This document shows, piece after piece, positions 1 to 22,073 of a stretch of DNA of 64,000 nucleotides. The notes beneath the pieces are model-generated. The model was not told the DNA's origin, searched no databases, and saw nothing but the letters and a program-made list of their open reading frames with translations. How positions within the stretch are numbered: position 1 is the first letter of the stretch; each line of letters starts with the position of its first letter. This DNA is from Laetmonice hystrix (taxonomy: Eukaryota), in assembly GCA_965235115.1 (NCBI GenBank), contig OZ249436.1, positions 48,114,001 through 48,178,000 on the forward strand. The letters run 5' to 3'. Made by a program: the position numbers and the translations under genes.

Positions 1-469
1 TACCAATTCTTCATCGGTTATTTCTTGTGTCACCCGTTTCATTCCTTTGCCTATTGTAAGACCTTTGTGCCAATTCTGGATTTTCATCATGCTACACCTT
101 TTGTTTATCTCATAACCTCTGTTGGAATCAAGAGATCAAGCAATAGACATTTTGATCATAAAATGAGCAACTTAAAAAGTTAGGAACTTAACGTAACAAC
201 TAAACAAAGATCTTAGTGATAACTCAAAACTAATACATTGTTTTAAACACGGACCCGAACAAGCATGTGAAAGTATCACATGCATGTGAAAGTATCACAT
301 ACAAAATCAATGAAAATCAATATCACATACAAAATCAATGAAAATCGATAATAAACCCATTGTTTATGTAGTATCATACATGGGCCAAACCTTGCCCACT
401 CAACATTTGAACACAAAAGGAACATAAAGACAAACACATACTCATTCAAACATTTGAACCTGTGGGTTA

Positions 470-970
470 TTTTTCATGTTGGCACCCTAGGCACCCCAGG
501 TTTGTGTCTTTTTATTGTTTTTATGTATGCACCAGTTTGTCAGCGATTTCGTGTTTAAACCTGAGCATGTTGACATGCTTGATTTGTGCCTTTTTATTGT
601 TATACTGATGCACCAGTTTTCGTCGGCGATTTCATGCTTAAACCCGAGTATGTTGGCACCCTTGGTTTGTGTCTTTATATTGTTATACTCATTCACTAGG
701 TTTTTTTCAGCGTCCTCATGTTTTACCCCTTGGTTTGTGTCGTTATTGTTATAGTGATGTACCAGTTTTTGTCAGGATTTCTGTTTTAACACCAGCACGT
801 TGGCACCCTTGGTTTGTATTTTTATACTCATTCACCAGTTTTTTTCAGTGATTTCATGTTTAAACCTGAGTCATGTTGACACCCTTGGTTTGTGTCTTTA
901 TTGTTATACTGACGTACCAGTTTTTGTCAGCGATTTTGTCTTTATACCTGAGCACGTTGGCACCCTTGAA
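470..970. repeat. Degenerate ~80-bp tandem repeat, about 6 copies
   Basis: Recurring ggcacccttggtttgtgtcttt...ccagtttttgtcagcgatttc...aaacctgagcatg with anchors near 490, 571, 655, 723, 802, 878 and 959. Confidence 0.8.
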
Positions 971-1814
971 ATCCCTGAAGAGGCCAAAGAACCTCTTATT
1001 TTCACACGTTCAAAGAGTCTTCCACTAACACATTCAAACTTACATTCAAAACTTAAAAGCAAATCACAAGCTATACAATAAACTATGATACACACAATTG
1101 TGTGATACACATTGATTCAAACATCACGAGAGATCAAACAATTGACACTTCATTAATTGAGACTTCGTCAACTTACCCGGTAACTAAGTTGAACCTAACT
1201 TACACATAACTTAAACGACATGAAAAGTATGAAGCAAGAAACGATCAACCATAGAAGATAAAACACACAGTATTTCAAACATGGACACAATCAACTTTCG
1301 ACATATGAGAATACGACATGTATACAAAAACAATGAAATAATCAGTGTAGGTACACGATGCAAATATCATACATGAGTTAAACCTCAACCCACTCCATCA
1401 ACATCCACAGCCCCTAATCTGCTGCAGTAGGCCTAGTTACTTGAAAGCAAACCAACACACCTTTCTCAAGGAATGCAATGTTACATGGCATTTCAAATTC
1501 ATTCCAGCATTCCAAGAAACACAAGAGATCAAAGAATTGGCATTTTATTATTGAGACTTAGCCAACTTAAGATGTTAAAACTTATACAATGTACTTAACT
1601 TAAACTAAACTTAAACTACTTATGCTTAACTTAAACTAAACCATGGACATGAAGACACTCAACCTTCAACATATGAAAATACTACATCCCAAAATAGTGA
1701 AAGAATCAACAGTGTAGAACACTCTTCGATAATCGTATAATTGACGTCCTCAACGACAACAGACAGGAAGATAAGCACTAAGGTGAACAGTAGACATTCA
1801 AGCAAGAGGGTATA

Positions 1815-2270
1815 CCGACAGGTAGGCAAGCTGAAAGACAGGCCAGCAGGTAGACAGACACACAGATTACCGAGCAGGAAGGCAGGCAGGTAGTAAGGCA
1901 GACAGACAGGCAGGAAGGAACGATCGCAGACAGGCAGGCAGTCAAGCAGGCGGTAAGGCAGGCAGGCAGGCGGCCAGGTAGTGAAAGCAGGCACGCAGGA
2001 AAGCAGGGGATTGGCCAGGCAGGACGGCACGCAGATTGGCACGCATAGGCACACCGCTCCACACACCCACCCACCAACCCAAAACCCCACATTACCACAT
2101 GTCCACCAGAGTACCCAGCGGACCACCCCCCCGACCAGACAACCCGCCCAACCGGCCACCCATCTGACCACACACCCACCCTGAAACCCATCGATCCACC
2201 CGACAAACCTAAAAACCAATCCGAAAGGCAACCTATCCGACCGTCCGAGCAACCGACCAACCAATCAACT
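1815..2270. repeat. Degenerate tetranucleotide low-complexity tract, (CAGG/CAGA)n followed by (CCAA/CCAC/CCGA)n
   Basis: Visible runs such as caggcaggcag, agacagacagg, ccacccaccaacc and ccgaccaaccaatc. Confidence 0.75.
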
Positions 2271-5039
2271 CACCAGCAGCCATCTTTTCTACACCTCCTA
2301 CTGAATGGACAACCGGCATCTTATAACCTGAAAAAAACATGAACTCAAATCAATATGTGGAAATATATACAAAATTGTTGTAAGCATTTGATCAAGGTAC
2401 CATACATAAAGTACACAGAACGTTTTAAACCTCATTAAAACTATCATCTATCAGGATATCAACACATGTCTGATACAGTCATCCAAGTATCAATCAAGGT
2501 ACTAAAACAATAAGCTCAGCATGTGAAAATTGGCCTCACACAATCACACACTCAGCCACCCAACCACCGACCCGAACTTACACCAACCAGCCCACCATCT
2601 GATCACCTGGTGTCCACCCACCGACCCAACCACCCATCTGATCACCACCCTAGTTACCTGAAAACCAGCCCATCTAACTACCTACGCTCCCCAAACAACA
2701 AACAACAAACAACAAAACAACGCACTATCTAATCAACCAACCAACTAACCTTTTCTGCAGATTCTGCAGGTTTCAGGGTGCGCTTTCCAACTTGTCAGCC
2801 TTTAGCCATCATCTAGTTGCATAACGACCACCTCAAGGAAGCTCGGGTTATGAATTTGGAAAGATAAATATTTAAAATATGAAATCAAACCTAAATGGAA
2901 CAGTTTCAACAAAAATAATCTAGTCATATTGAGGTCAACAGGTTTTACCGTGAGAAAACAACTTTCAGCAGCAAGATTATAATAAAATAATTAAAATATG
3001 AAATGAAACCTGAAGGGAACAGTTTTTATGGCAGCAAGTAACTGACAAACTTTGTCTCATCGAGGTCCGAATGGAATACGAACCCGAGAGGCCAAGGAGC
3101 TCAGGGGCCTGGCTCACTTGATCACTGCAATTGTTCTGTCAGAAATGTTCACGAAAAGGCATAGAAGCTGAAGGTGAACTAATGTCATAGTCAAGCTACC
3201 CACTTCCCTGGCCACCTGATCTGGCGTCTGAACAACACACGATTGCCCACTGGTGACATCTATAAGCATCTTTGGCACAGGATGCCGGCTGTCGGAGCGA
3301 GGAGGAACCCTTGCCGAACAGTCCCGTACATTGCCCCTCCTCTCTGGGACACACTGCCCCCTAGTCTGTATGGCCAATGAACAGTTTTACCTGTATGAAC
3401 AGGTGACTGCCCGATTCTAACAACTTTTACCAGCAGCATGTGAAGACAGACTACGAAAGGTGGGGGGTTAGGAAAAACACCGTCATATTCCACTGCAGCA
3501 GGTATGAAGCCTGTTGACCACCCAACACCGACTGTGGTACAACAAATTACGACGCGACAGTTACCCAGACAGCGGCCAGTGTGAACATTCTGACTTGGCA
3601 ATAAGGTATAGTTTAACAATTGTTTCACAGTACGGCGACATCAACCTACCGTTGGACAACTTACCGCCCAATCAACCCACTATCTATCAACCAACCAGCT
3701 AGGTAATTAAACAACCAACCAATCATTTTCCCTTTTTCGTGACAGGTTCCCGGTAGATGTCCAACTGAAAACAAGAAAGGTCGGATGTTTAATAAAATGA
3801 TATGAAACGATACATAAATAAAGCAACAAAACTCACTTATATACTTGTGTCTTGTAATGAAATAGGATCAATTTGTCAAAAACAAAAAAGGGAGCCTATG
3901 CCCATTTGTTGATAGGGGTCTGCATTCATGATCCCTGAGAACTGATGTGAGAATTCCTCGGACAGTTTGACAATTACTGAAGTAAGGATTAGCCAGGCTC
4001 ATAATAGCTCTTCAAGGACACAAACTTTCAATAATACACGAATGTGTGCACCTTATTGATCAGAAATGCACCTTCATTAAAAAAAGAAAAAATAAATTTA
4101 TATAAATAAAAGAAAATAAAAGCCGAAACCTGGGCCGAATGTCTTTCTAAAGATAATTTAGGCCTACCTACCTCCGATTCAAGGCCGATTTGGTTCTTCG
4201 TTGCTACCAGTTGAGATGCGGTCAAGCAGTAGTTTTTTTTTGTTCAGGTGAAGTTCAATTGGTTTCACTGAAGGAAAGCTGTGGGCCTACGACCCCTATC
4301 TATGAATGCCAGGGAGCAACTGACTACTGCGACTCAACTCTGGTTAAACTGGCTCAGTGTCCCCGTCACTGTAACGAGTAGAAATGCAAAATGTAAAAGT
4401 AAATATAAAAGTATACCTACTCTTGCCTCACAGCAAGGCTACGAAATATAATCAATCATCAAAATAAGAAAAGAGGTGGTACATATATATATGATTTTTG
4501 ATATGCACGTACGTTCCTGTAAAAACTCTTTTGCGAGAACTGAGGCAGAATCCCTAAATCTGATCTGAAACTCACCTTATCATGCAGTGGCCCAAGCTTG
4601 AAGAAAACCAGCAAAGTGGGCCTACACGACCTGGAAATTAAATAAACGCATAAATTGGTAAATAATACTGTCACAACACATCACTGTATTAACTTCTTAG
4701 TATGGCATGACTTCATCGTACACAATCTGTTCATCTAAAATAATTAATTTCGTTTAAACTGAACGGCATTTAAGATTTGGCATTACACTAGTCATTAGGC
4801 CTACATCTAGGCCTATAAAGCCCACTGTACACTTTCCGGATTTTGTCCAACTCCAGTCGGTAGCCATTGTTCCCGACCGCTTCCGACTGCAGTTGGAGCA
4901 GATCGTTGCCGATTCGAAAAACCAATCGGGAACCAAGCGGATTACGGCCAACTGTCGTCGGCTGTCCTGGCCACCAACACTGCATGGATCGGGAGCCGAT
5001 AATCGTGACAGTGTATGGGGGTCAGTTGGGAGAGTGTAC

Positions 5040-5335
5040 CAGGGGCGGATCCAGGGGGGGTTCGAATGGTCCGTACGAACCCCCCCCCCCCCCCAACTCA
5101 AAAAAATATAAAAAATATAAATAGAGTGCCTAATGCCCGTATGCCTTTGATTTTGTTCCCAGATGCCAGGAAAACGCGTATTTGGCACTTTAATTTTCAA
5201 TTTCTTCTGGGGGAGGGCCCCCAGACCCCCCGCTCGAAGGTTCGCGCCTTTCGGCGCTCGCATGATATATGGGGGACTATTAGAAAATGAAACGAAATTC
5301 GAACCCCTCCTTGCAAAATCCTGGATCCGCCCCTG
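5040..5335. mobile_element. MITE (non-autonomous DNA transposon)
   Basis: TIR caggggcggatccagg / cctggatccgcccctg; flanks GTGTAC (5034-5039) and GTGGAC (5336-5341) form a 5/6-matching candidate TSD. Confidence 0.8.
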
Positions 5336-6459
5336 GTGGACGGTGGTCAGTCGCGAGTCATGACAGAGTCTGGCGAGCGCTGCATGAATGTACGTGCCAG
5401 CCTGTATTAGCCGGTGAGTGGCCTTTGTCGAATGTCTTTCTAAAGATAATTCAGGTCTACCTACCTTTGACTTCAATGCCTGTGCAGTTTTTTGTCACTA
5501 CCAACGCCAGTGAGGTGTTGTCAAGCAGTAGAGTTTCTTGTTCAGTTGAATTTGAATAAGTTTCAATGACGGAAAGCTGTGGGCCTTCCACCTCTCTCTA
5601 CGAATTCCAGGTAGCAACTGCGGCCAAGTGCTCGAAACTGGCCCTTGCAAGCTCATTTTCCCGCCACGCATGCGCGTGTTGTTGCCGGTCGGTCAGATTT
5701 AATGAATATTTATATTTCACTGCTACCTCAACCTACAGGGTCAGCTCTCAGCTAAGACATTGGAAGGGGTTGAACGCTTCACTGACTTTCCCGAAATACA
5801 CACAATCATGCAGACTCCGATCCAATGCAAGGCATACGCACCTCCCAACTCGCCCCCTCCCACCTACCGACCGCGCCACCGACAGGCTATTGTCTCGTAC
5901 ACGTTTGAGACAAGGCCTCGTGCTCGTTCTCCACATGCAGTAAGCCATGCCTGTTATGTAATCCACAAGGTCTGCTCGCATACACACAACTCCGAGAGAC
6001 AAAGAGACCTTTGCCAGCGCCTTTGCCCGGTTTTTGATCTATTCCCCCATGGTTACTTCCCCGCAAATTTTTGGATAGGGTTATGTTTCTGGGGAGGTGT
6101 AGGGATAGGGGTTTAGGGATAAGGTCAGGGCTATGGAGTCTTACTTCCGACCAAATTTCGTGGGGTTTAGGTTACCACGAGGGATGTATACAGTTTGTCG
6201 AGCCTGTCTGCACGACACTGGTAAAACTCTGAATGTTTTGTTGTGTGTTTTTTTTTTTGGGGGGGGGGGGGGGGCGAAGTCGCCAAGGAACCTCCGGCGC
6301 CTATAACAATTTGTCCTTTTAGTGAAATTCAAAGTCGCCGGATCCAGTGTAAATGCGATGTCTTTCAGCCTCCCACCCCGGCAGTTAGCGAGTCACCTCT
6401 GAATACCCTGGGCCTAGCGAAGGGGGGGGGCGCATCGGGGGGACATAGGGCCTACCTAC

Positions 6460-6630
6460 CAGTAGCGTACCCGGGGGGGGGGGGGGTGCTTGGGGTGCTC
6501 AAGCACCACCCTCAATTTGCCCATTTTTGTTTTTGGCGCTTGTTGCCCATAGCCCCCTCCCAATTTGCAGCGCCTACGACGTTGGTTATTTCTAGCACCC
6601 CCCTGAGTCCAGTTTCTGGGTACGCCACTG
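6460..6630. mobile_element. Small MITE within a cluster of poly-G/poly-C MITE fragments
   Basis: TIR cagtagcgtaccc / gggtacgccactg; no clear TSD. Confidence 0.6.
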
Positions 6631-7039
6631 GGCAAAGATATGTTTGTGCCCCCCCCCCCCCCCCCCCCCATCATTTCAGACCCAGAATTTCCAATATCTG
6701 CTTAAATTCTGCTACAGACCTAAACTTTACCTAAATGCTTTGAGAAACTCCACAATTTCTATCTCCAGATTCCAGGAAAAAGCGTTTTGGGGCCTTTTAA
6801 ATTCAAAAAATTTCGCCCCCCCCCCCCCCAGGGTGGCACATCGCTCCTTTGGTGCTCGAGGGTGCCCCCTTTCGTGCAGTGCTGGTTTCGTGCCTGAGAT
6901 TTCCCCCTCCACACTTTTTGTCACGTTTCTACGCCATTGCTTCTGGTGTGCCACTTTTGAAAAGGGCCCATATTTCCCGGTCAAAACCTGAAATTATCAT
7001 TTTGTCTCCAAAAAAATTAAACCCCCACTTTATTGAAGA

Positions 7040-7894
7040 TAGTAAACTGTAGAAGGCTGTCAGGCCTCAGGGGTGGTTTCACTACTCGTGTGCGGAGGAA
7101 AGTGGAGTGTTAGATGATGACAACTTCAATGCTTTGAATGCTTCCAGTAGAGCAACTGAATTAACCACTAAATATAGCAAAAAAGGGTTAGGCCTACTTT
7201 GTTGCTGACTTTGTATGGACATTCCAGTTGAATATGTTTACATTTTTTAAAGTTAGGCCTAGATCTATAAATGCCACATTTGAAGAGAGTTCCCTTTCTG
7301 CTGAATGTAGATCTATGCAATTAACTGTTGACACTACATTGTGGTCTCTCGTGCTTAGGCCTACTTTCAAGTCAATCACGGTCCACACTTAGGCCTAACG
7401 TTTTGAGATAACGACTCGCTCATCTGCAAAAGCAAAGGAGGAAAGTGCACTGGTGATTCCGTCACTTGATTCCGTCACGGAAATTCTTAACTATAAACCG
7501 CTACTGTGGTTATACTTATACTACAGTATCAAAATACTGCATTGATCTGAAGCAAAAATACATATACTCGCATCGGAAAATGTTGCGGACTACTTGATTT
7601 CATTCACAGAGCAGAGATTTCACTTTGCAGTAGCCTACTTGACCCAAAAGTGCATGTCCAAAAACATGTGATTCCGTCACGCAGATTAAGTGGGTCAGAG
7701 GTTTGCATTACCGTGAACTATAGGCTAGTCTATACCACTCTATCATTTTAATAAACCCATGAGGCAAACGTTCATGAAAAATCAAAATGCAAATGTATGT
7801 CGTCTGCTGCCATTAGGCCTAAATAATGTCAACCCGAGTGGTGTAAACTGAGTGCAAATGGTGATTCCGTCACGCTGGAATCCATGCCCTACTG
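7040..7894 (+). mobile_element. Probable 3' remnant of a pogo/Tigger-like (Tc1/mariner) DNA transposon with a PHD-finger fragment
   Basis: Frameshifted PHD-like peptide (QGWFHYSCAEESGVLDDDNF then CFECFQ*) at ~7068-7149; four copies of the subterminal motif tgattccgtcac (~7454, 7467, 7669, 7862); ends ...ccctactg followed by TA, i.e. a CAGT-type terminus on the other strand. Confidence 0.45.
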
Positions 7895-7952
7895 TAGGGC
7901 CCATAACTGGCCTAAGGCTAAGCTAAGGCTAAGGGTAGGCCTAAGGCTAATG

Positions 7953-8491
7953 CAGACCTGCCAAGTCCCCCGGTTTCACCGGGGGACTCCCGGTTTTTAA
8001 CCTAATCCCCCGTCCCCCCGGTATGTGACAATTTTCTCACGGTAAATTGAAAACTCATGTATGCACACAAATGTACACAAAACACAAGAAAAAAGATAGA
8101 TTGGACAATTGAGTATGTTTTTAAGTAGATAATCTACATGTAGCAACTAGATCTATATGCAACGCAGAACACTAAAAAAGGATAGGCCTACATAAAGAGA
8201 AAAGAAACAATTAACATAAAGGAGCAGATGTCTTAGGACAATTTTTTATTTTAAATTTATTAAACTGATGGTACGGTATGTAAGTTGTGTATTTCATGTG
8301 TAGTATGTAGTGGCTCCATACTAACGTTTCTCCCCCACTCATAGGTCTATATCAGCTTCATAATGTAGTCTCCAGGTTTTTCCCCAAAATCTCCAGGTTT
8401 TCCCCAAAAAATCCCCCGGTTTTTTCCCCTAATTTCCAGGTTTTTGGACACCAATCTCCCGGTTTCTTCTCTCTGTAGGTTGGCAGGTCTG
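7953..8491. mobile_element. Non-autonomous DNA transposon with 6-bp TSD (hAT-like CAG terminus)
   Basis: TIR cagacctgcca / tggcaggtctg; perfect TSD CTAATG at 7947-7952 and 8492-8497; subterminal ctcccgg/ctccagg repeats. Confidence 0.85.
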
Positions 8492-8639
8492 CTAATGTGC
8501 AGTCTATCTTCTAGAAAAATGTTACACTAATGTTACAGTACCATTTGAAGTAAAAATGCAGTAGATCTAGAGCTAGGCCCTAAGTGACTAAACCTCCTCC
8601 ATGACCAAGCCATAAAACGCAGGGGCCTATGTTTCAGAC

Positions 8640-8745
8640 TGCCCAGTCTCCGGCTTATATTCCGGTTGATCCCATACCAGTACCTTCCGGTTTGACGGCG
8701 GCGCAATCTACGTCACAAGATGGCCTCGACTGGTAACTAAGCGAT
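8640..8745 (+). promoter_or_regulatory. Candidate core promoter of the ZNF474-like gene
   Basis: Cluster of ETS-like ttccgg, CRE half-sites (tgacg, acgtca) and YY1-like caagatggc (8716-8724) at the start of a CpG-rich stretch upstream of the first donor site. Motif matches only. Confidence 0.45.
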
Positions 8746-8749
8746 TGTT

Positions 8750-9249
8750 TATGCGCACCTTATGGTTATAAATATTTTATCGAGTACACTGTCAGTCGAA
8801 AGTCTTTCATGAACCAGTGGATTATCTGGCAGTGGAATCGATCTGCACTGGTAGAAGACTTCACCTACGTTCATGCAATACGGTTGAGGTGAGTTGTTGG
8901 ACGGGTGAAGTGCCGCGAGCAGTGCGACCGGTGAAAACAATCGAGTCACGACGAGTGTTGGCGGCTCAGACCACAACATTCGCCGTGGCCGTATGGAGCA
9001 AGTTGGAGTGCTACAGATCGAAAACCACCGGACTCATGTTGTTCAAAGGCCGTCGGGGTCTCGAGAGAGAAGGGCGACCCATCGTATTATGTTCTCGTGG
9101 TGGTGGTACTGACGTACGCCTGCTCTACGGCACGACTACGGGCACCGTGAGTGACACTGACAGGCTGACTGGCGCGGACCGACTACCACGCCCTCGCCTT
9201 ACACTTACAGTACCGCGGCAGTGCTGGTAGTGTACTGGAACTGAACTAG
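8750..9249 (+). other. Probable non-coding 5' UTR exon of the ZNF474-like gene (start approximate)
   Basis: CpG-rich segment ending in actag|GTAGGC (donor 9250); next acceptor tttttccAG at 9728-9729 opens the exon containing the start codon. Confidence 0.5.
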
Positions 9250-9791
9250 GTAGGCCTAAACATGATCTACTACGCTCGTTAGGCTACAGATTCGTCGGTG
9301 TGACTTTGGCTGTGAAGATCCGTTTGAAATTTTGCTAGTAACAGTGAGGCCTGGGGGGGGGGGGGGGGAGATTCAATTTAGAATAGTACCGCTGTGCTGT
9401 TATAATGTGAGGGCAGAGATGGGGGGGGGGGGGGGGCTAATAAGCCTAAGGATCCACCAGTAATATCTTATAGAGTTTACATCTGGTAAATGTATTACCT
9501 ATTATTAATTAATAATAATTAAATTCCTGCAATATACAGTAGATCTATGTGTTATTTACTTATAGATCTGCAATTAGAAAGAATAAAAATCTTTGCCTTG
9601 ACAATAAAATTAAATACTATTTGCTAACGTTGGAATTTAGTGCCCTGCATGTGGCACGTCACCTGCACGTGGCACGTCACCCTCAACAGCCGCCCCTAAG
9701 ATTAATTTCCTGCAATTTCTTTTTTCCAGGGAATTGATGATGTTACTTTGCTACAAGCAGAGTTCCTCACACCCCTAATCTACCTACATAA

Positions 9792-18907
<9,116 letters not shown>

Positions 18908-21779
18908 ACCCAGGTCCTAACAACAACTTCCATTGTACTACAACAATTGACAAGAACAGCATCGATGTGCGAGTCCTTGTTTTGGAATATTTAAATACCG
19001 TACTCCCTGTAGTCTGTTATGAAGCTAGTGATAGTTTTAGTGAAATTTCACAACTGGTCAAGCTTTATCAGAAACGTTACCAAAAGAAGTACGAAGCATT
19101 TAATATTATACTGTCACTACTAACAGTATTTTTTAATGCGATCTTATTGTGAATGTTGTATGGGTTGTGTACATGTGGTGGACTGTCGCAGACCCGAGTG
19201 ATTCCTTTAGATAGGATACGTCCTGTTACAAGCTGCTGGGCAGAGAAAGGTAGAAATTAAGTAGGCGGATTGTTGTCTTTCAACTAAAAAATTAAAAAGA
19301 AACTGTGATTTGTACTGTCTTATATTCGTTAGTATTATGGCATAAATTATTTGATAATGGAAATTAGGTTTCCTTCGTTCAGTGAAGATTTTGTGTATAG
19401 AGAGGGACATAATAGTTTATAAGTTGTTGCTGCTAACATTTCTCTGGAGAAAACTGTGATATTGACACTGGCCGAGTATTGTACAATTATATATTCTCTA
19501 GGAGAATTTGGTTTCCATATACCGGTATTTATATCTGTATTCGACACAAGACAGCTGACACTGGTGAAGTGAACATATTATGTTGTTAGTATTGTTTTAA
19601 AGCAGGATACAAGTATTTACATTCCATAGTCATACACGACGTGTATTTTGTATGTGGTGCCTGGCATAGGTGATATGTTATCTTGTTTAGATCCCAGTAC
19701 TTCGCTAATAGGATGTTCATAGGATGATGTTACTAATATTAATAATCCCAAAGAAAAATTTCATGTAGAGGATTTAACAAGAGTGCCTTTTACTGTGCCG
19801 TTCACCGCTATAGGGAAATAACATTCAGTATAATTATATAATCCATAGTGTTAAAAAAATGTTACATATATTTTATATTGTTTGCACTAATGAGGCCATA
19901 ACAGTAGAAGTACATATAAAATTCATAGTTAGTACGGAGTCCTGGGACTTATTAAGTTCTATTTCAGGAATAAGGTGTTGTATTGAACATATATTAGTAC
20001 ATAACCTGAAATATACATTTATGTATGTGTGTACATATGGGTGTGTGTACATATGTAAAATATTCTGAAATTATTTAAACCGTTATACAGGTTTATACAT
20101 AAAGAAAAATGCTTTCTGACACGTTCTCCTCGTAGAAAACTTAGAAAAAATCTCACGAGCTGCATTTGTGTGATTCACGTAAAGGTGAAAGCATTTATGC
20201 AGTTGTAGTTTTTTAGGAAAGTAAAAATGTCAGAAGCTAGCAACTCGCACCGATATGCAGGTTCTTCTGTCATTGACGCAAACAGAGGGGGGAAACCCCC
20301 TCAAGTAATGAATGCGGAAATTTACTTGAATTGTTAGCTTTTCTTTAAGTCATGAAACTGTACGAGCACTCTTCCCTCACTCTAACTTTTAGTGTGGGGA
20401 GAAAAGGGAAGGTCGGAGCCGTGAGTTCGTCATGAAAGTACATTTTAACATTGGGAGGTGAATATTATCATGGGGATTTCCTGGCAGGAGGATTAGGATG
20501 CTCCGTCACACTGTCGGTCGTCACATAATCTCTGCTGTAATTACAGCTGAACTGTAAAAATAAAGGAATCTCACTTACAGCTATGTGACGGGTCTGTGTT
20601 TTCAGTTTCTCAAAGTAAGATGTGGAACAAGTTTCAGGTCAGATGCGAGGTCAGATGCAAGAGATGATTATTAAATGGGACCGTGGTGAGAGAGAGAAGG
20701 GGGGGGGTTACTGAGAGTATTCTTAATAGTCTTATAATGGGAAACCCATTGATCTATCGATCGATGGAGTTGGTACTGCAACTGCTATTTCACTCACCCC
20801 TATAGTTAAGAGTTGTGTCAAACTCAATGGACCGTCGTTTTTGACGTGTTCGTCGATCGTCATCACTAAACGGAAGGTACGGGTGATAGGCCTGGCTACT
20901 GACACGCCCCCTGGTGACTTGATTAGGAAACCATAAACCATGCGGAGTTGACGTCAGGTGGCAGCAGTGTCGGACAACCAGCTAGTGCCGCCAAAGAGTG
21001 TAGGATGAGATTGATTCCAGTGGCTCTGTGGTGTCCTGGTTCTGTGATGACTCCAGTAGCTGTGTGAAAATACTTGGTAGTTTGAGGGGCACGTTGGCCT
21101 GGGAGGGGCAGACAAAGGGGCTTGTCAAGGGCGTTTTGGAGGGAATATGCTCTTCCTTGAAATTTTCAAGGGGGCCCGCGGGGTCCAAAAGCGCCAAAAG
21201 CGTAAACAATATAGGGCCTAAATACTATGTTCCTTTTGTGCGTAGTCTATTTTTTTGTCTTTTCGTGCATTTATATGTATTCATTCATTCATATAAATTA
21301 GTTCAGGCGCGAAACTAGGGTGTTATCCGCCTTATAGGCCTATCCGTCGTTTATTATATAGGCCTATCTTAATCAAGATAATAACAATGAACACAGTCAT
21401 AACAGTAGATAGGCCTAGGCATTTCGCAGACAGGCGTCTTCCCCAATGGTAGGCCTAATGCTAAAAAGATTTGGCAAAAGAAAGCCAATTGGCGCACTTT
21501 CAACAACAAAAATAATATATAGGCCTATGTATACATGTTTATATGGGGAAAGGGCGTCTTGACCCAGCAGGGGATGTCTTGACCCACCTATGATTTGGAT
21601 AGTTCCCCACCCCAAGTTCCGCTCTAGAGAAAAACGACCCCTGCCGGCAGCCCCCCCCCCCCCGTGACCCAGGCTGGTTACGCCCAGGTAATTCCCACCC
21701 TTTAGAAACGTCTAGGCTATAGGCCTAGAGGTTTTCTGAGCACTGGTTGTCAGTGGAGAACGTATTATTGAGAATATAC

Positions 21780-22073
21780 ACGCGTCGGTTGCAGGCGACA
21801 TAATTATCTAGACCGGAAAATCGTGATGTGCACGAGTGCTCGCGACCCTCGAGGGCCCAGACCGCGAGATTTACCGCCCCTCCGAGGCATTCTACAACAG
21901 CCCTTAAACAGGTGAGGGTCTAATTAACACTCTATGCACTACGTTCGTCTTTACCCTACTCACGGGTAGAACAAATAGAACCGGGAGGCATTCTGGACCA
22001 CAGGGACGTCAGTTAAAGCGGCCCAGGCAGACGACAAACCACGGCTAAATGAGAGGACGCAGTTGAGCGACAG
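21780..22073 (+). promoter_or_regulatory. Candidate CpG-rich promoter / first non-coding exon, possibly of the Ig-DB-FN3 gene
   Basis: CpG-dense block ending at gacag|GTACGT (donor 22074); perfect CRE palindromes TGACGTCA nearby at 20949, 22104 and 22968. The first coding exon of the Ig gene begins with an acceptor, so an upstream UTR exon must exist. Confidence 0.35.

Larger units (their letters stand above)
1..4630 (-). pseudogene. Multi-exon minus-strand gene or gene remnant of unknown product, partly decayed; 3' end runs off the window start
   Basis: Series of minus-strand AG...GT-bounded segments with protein-like reading: 4576-4630 (SCRPTLLVFFKLGPLHDK), ~3837-4075 (contains stops; ends ...QMGIGSLFVFDKLILFHYKTQVY), 2274-2327 (YKMPVVHSVGGVEKMAA), ~1664-1760 (VEDVNYTIIEECSTLLILSLFWDVVFSYVE), ~1441-1512 (ECWNEFEMPCNIAFLEKGVLVCFQ), ~964-1023 (GRLFERVKIRGSLASSGISR), 1-~118 (GYEINKRCSMMKIQNWHKGLTIGKGMKRVTQEITDEELV). 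Some segments carry stops or frameshifts, and some acceptors are damaged. Confidence 0.45.

Noticed and set aside
1659..2264. 201-aa and 160-aa minus-strand ORFs as genes
   Set aside because: Mostly translations of tetranucleotide low-complexity DNA; only the last ~30 codons may be a real exon.
8817..9230. 137-aa ORF upstream of the ZNF474-like gene
   Set aside because: GTG start, no motifs, and it lies in the CpG-rich presumed 5' UTR exon.
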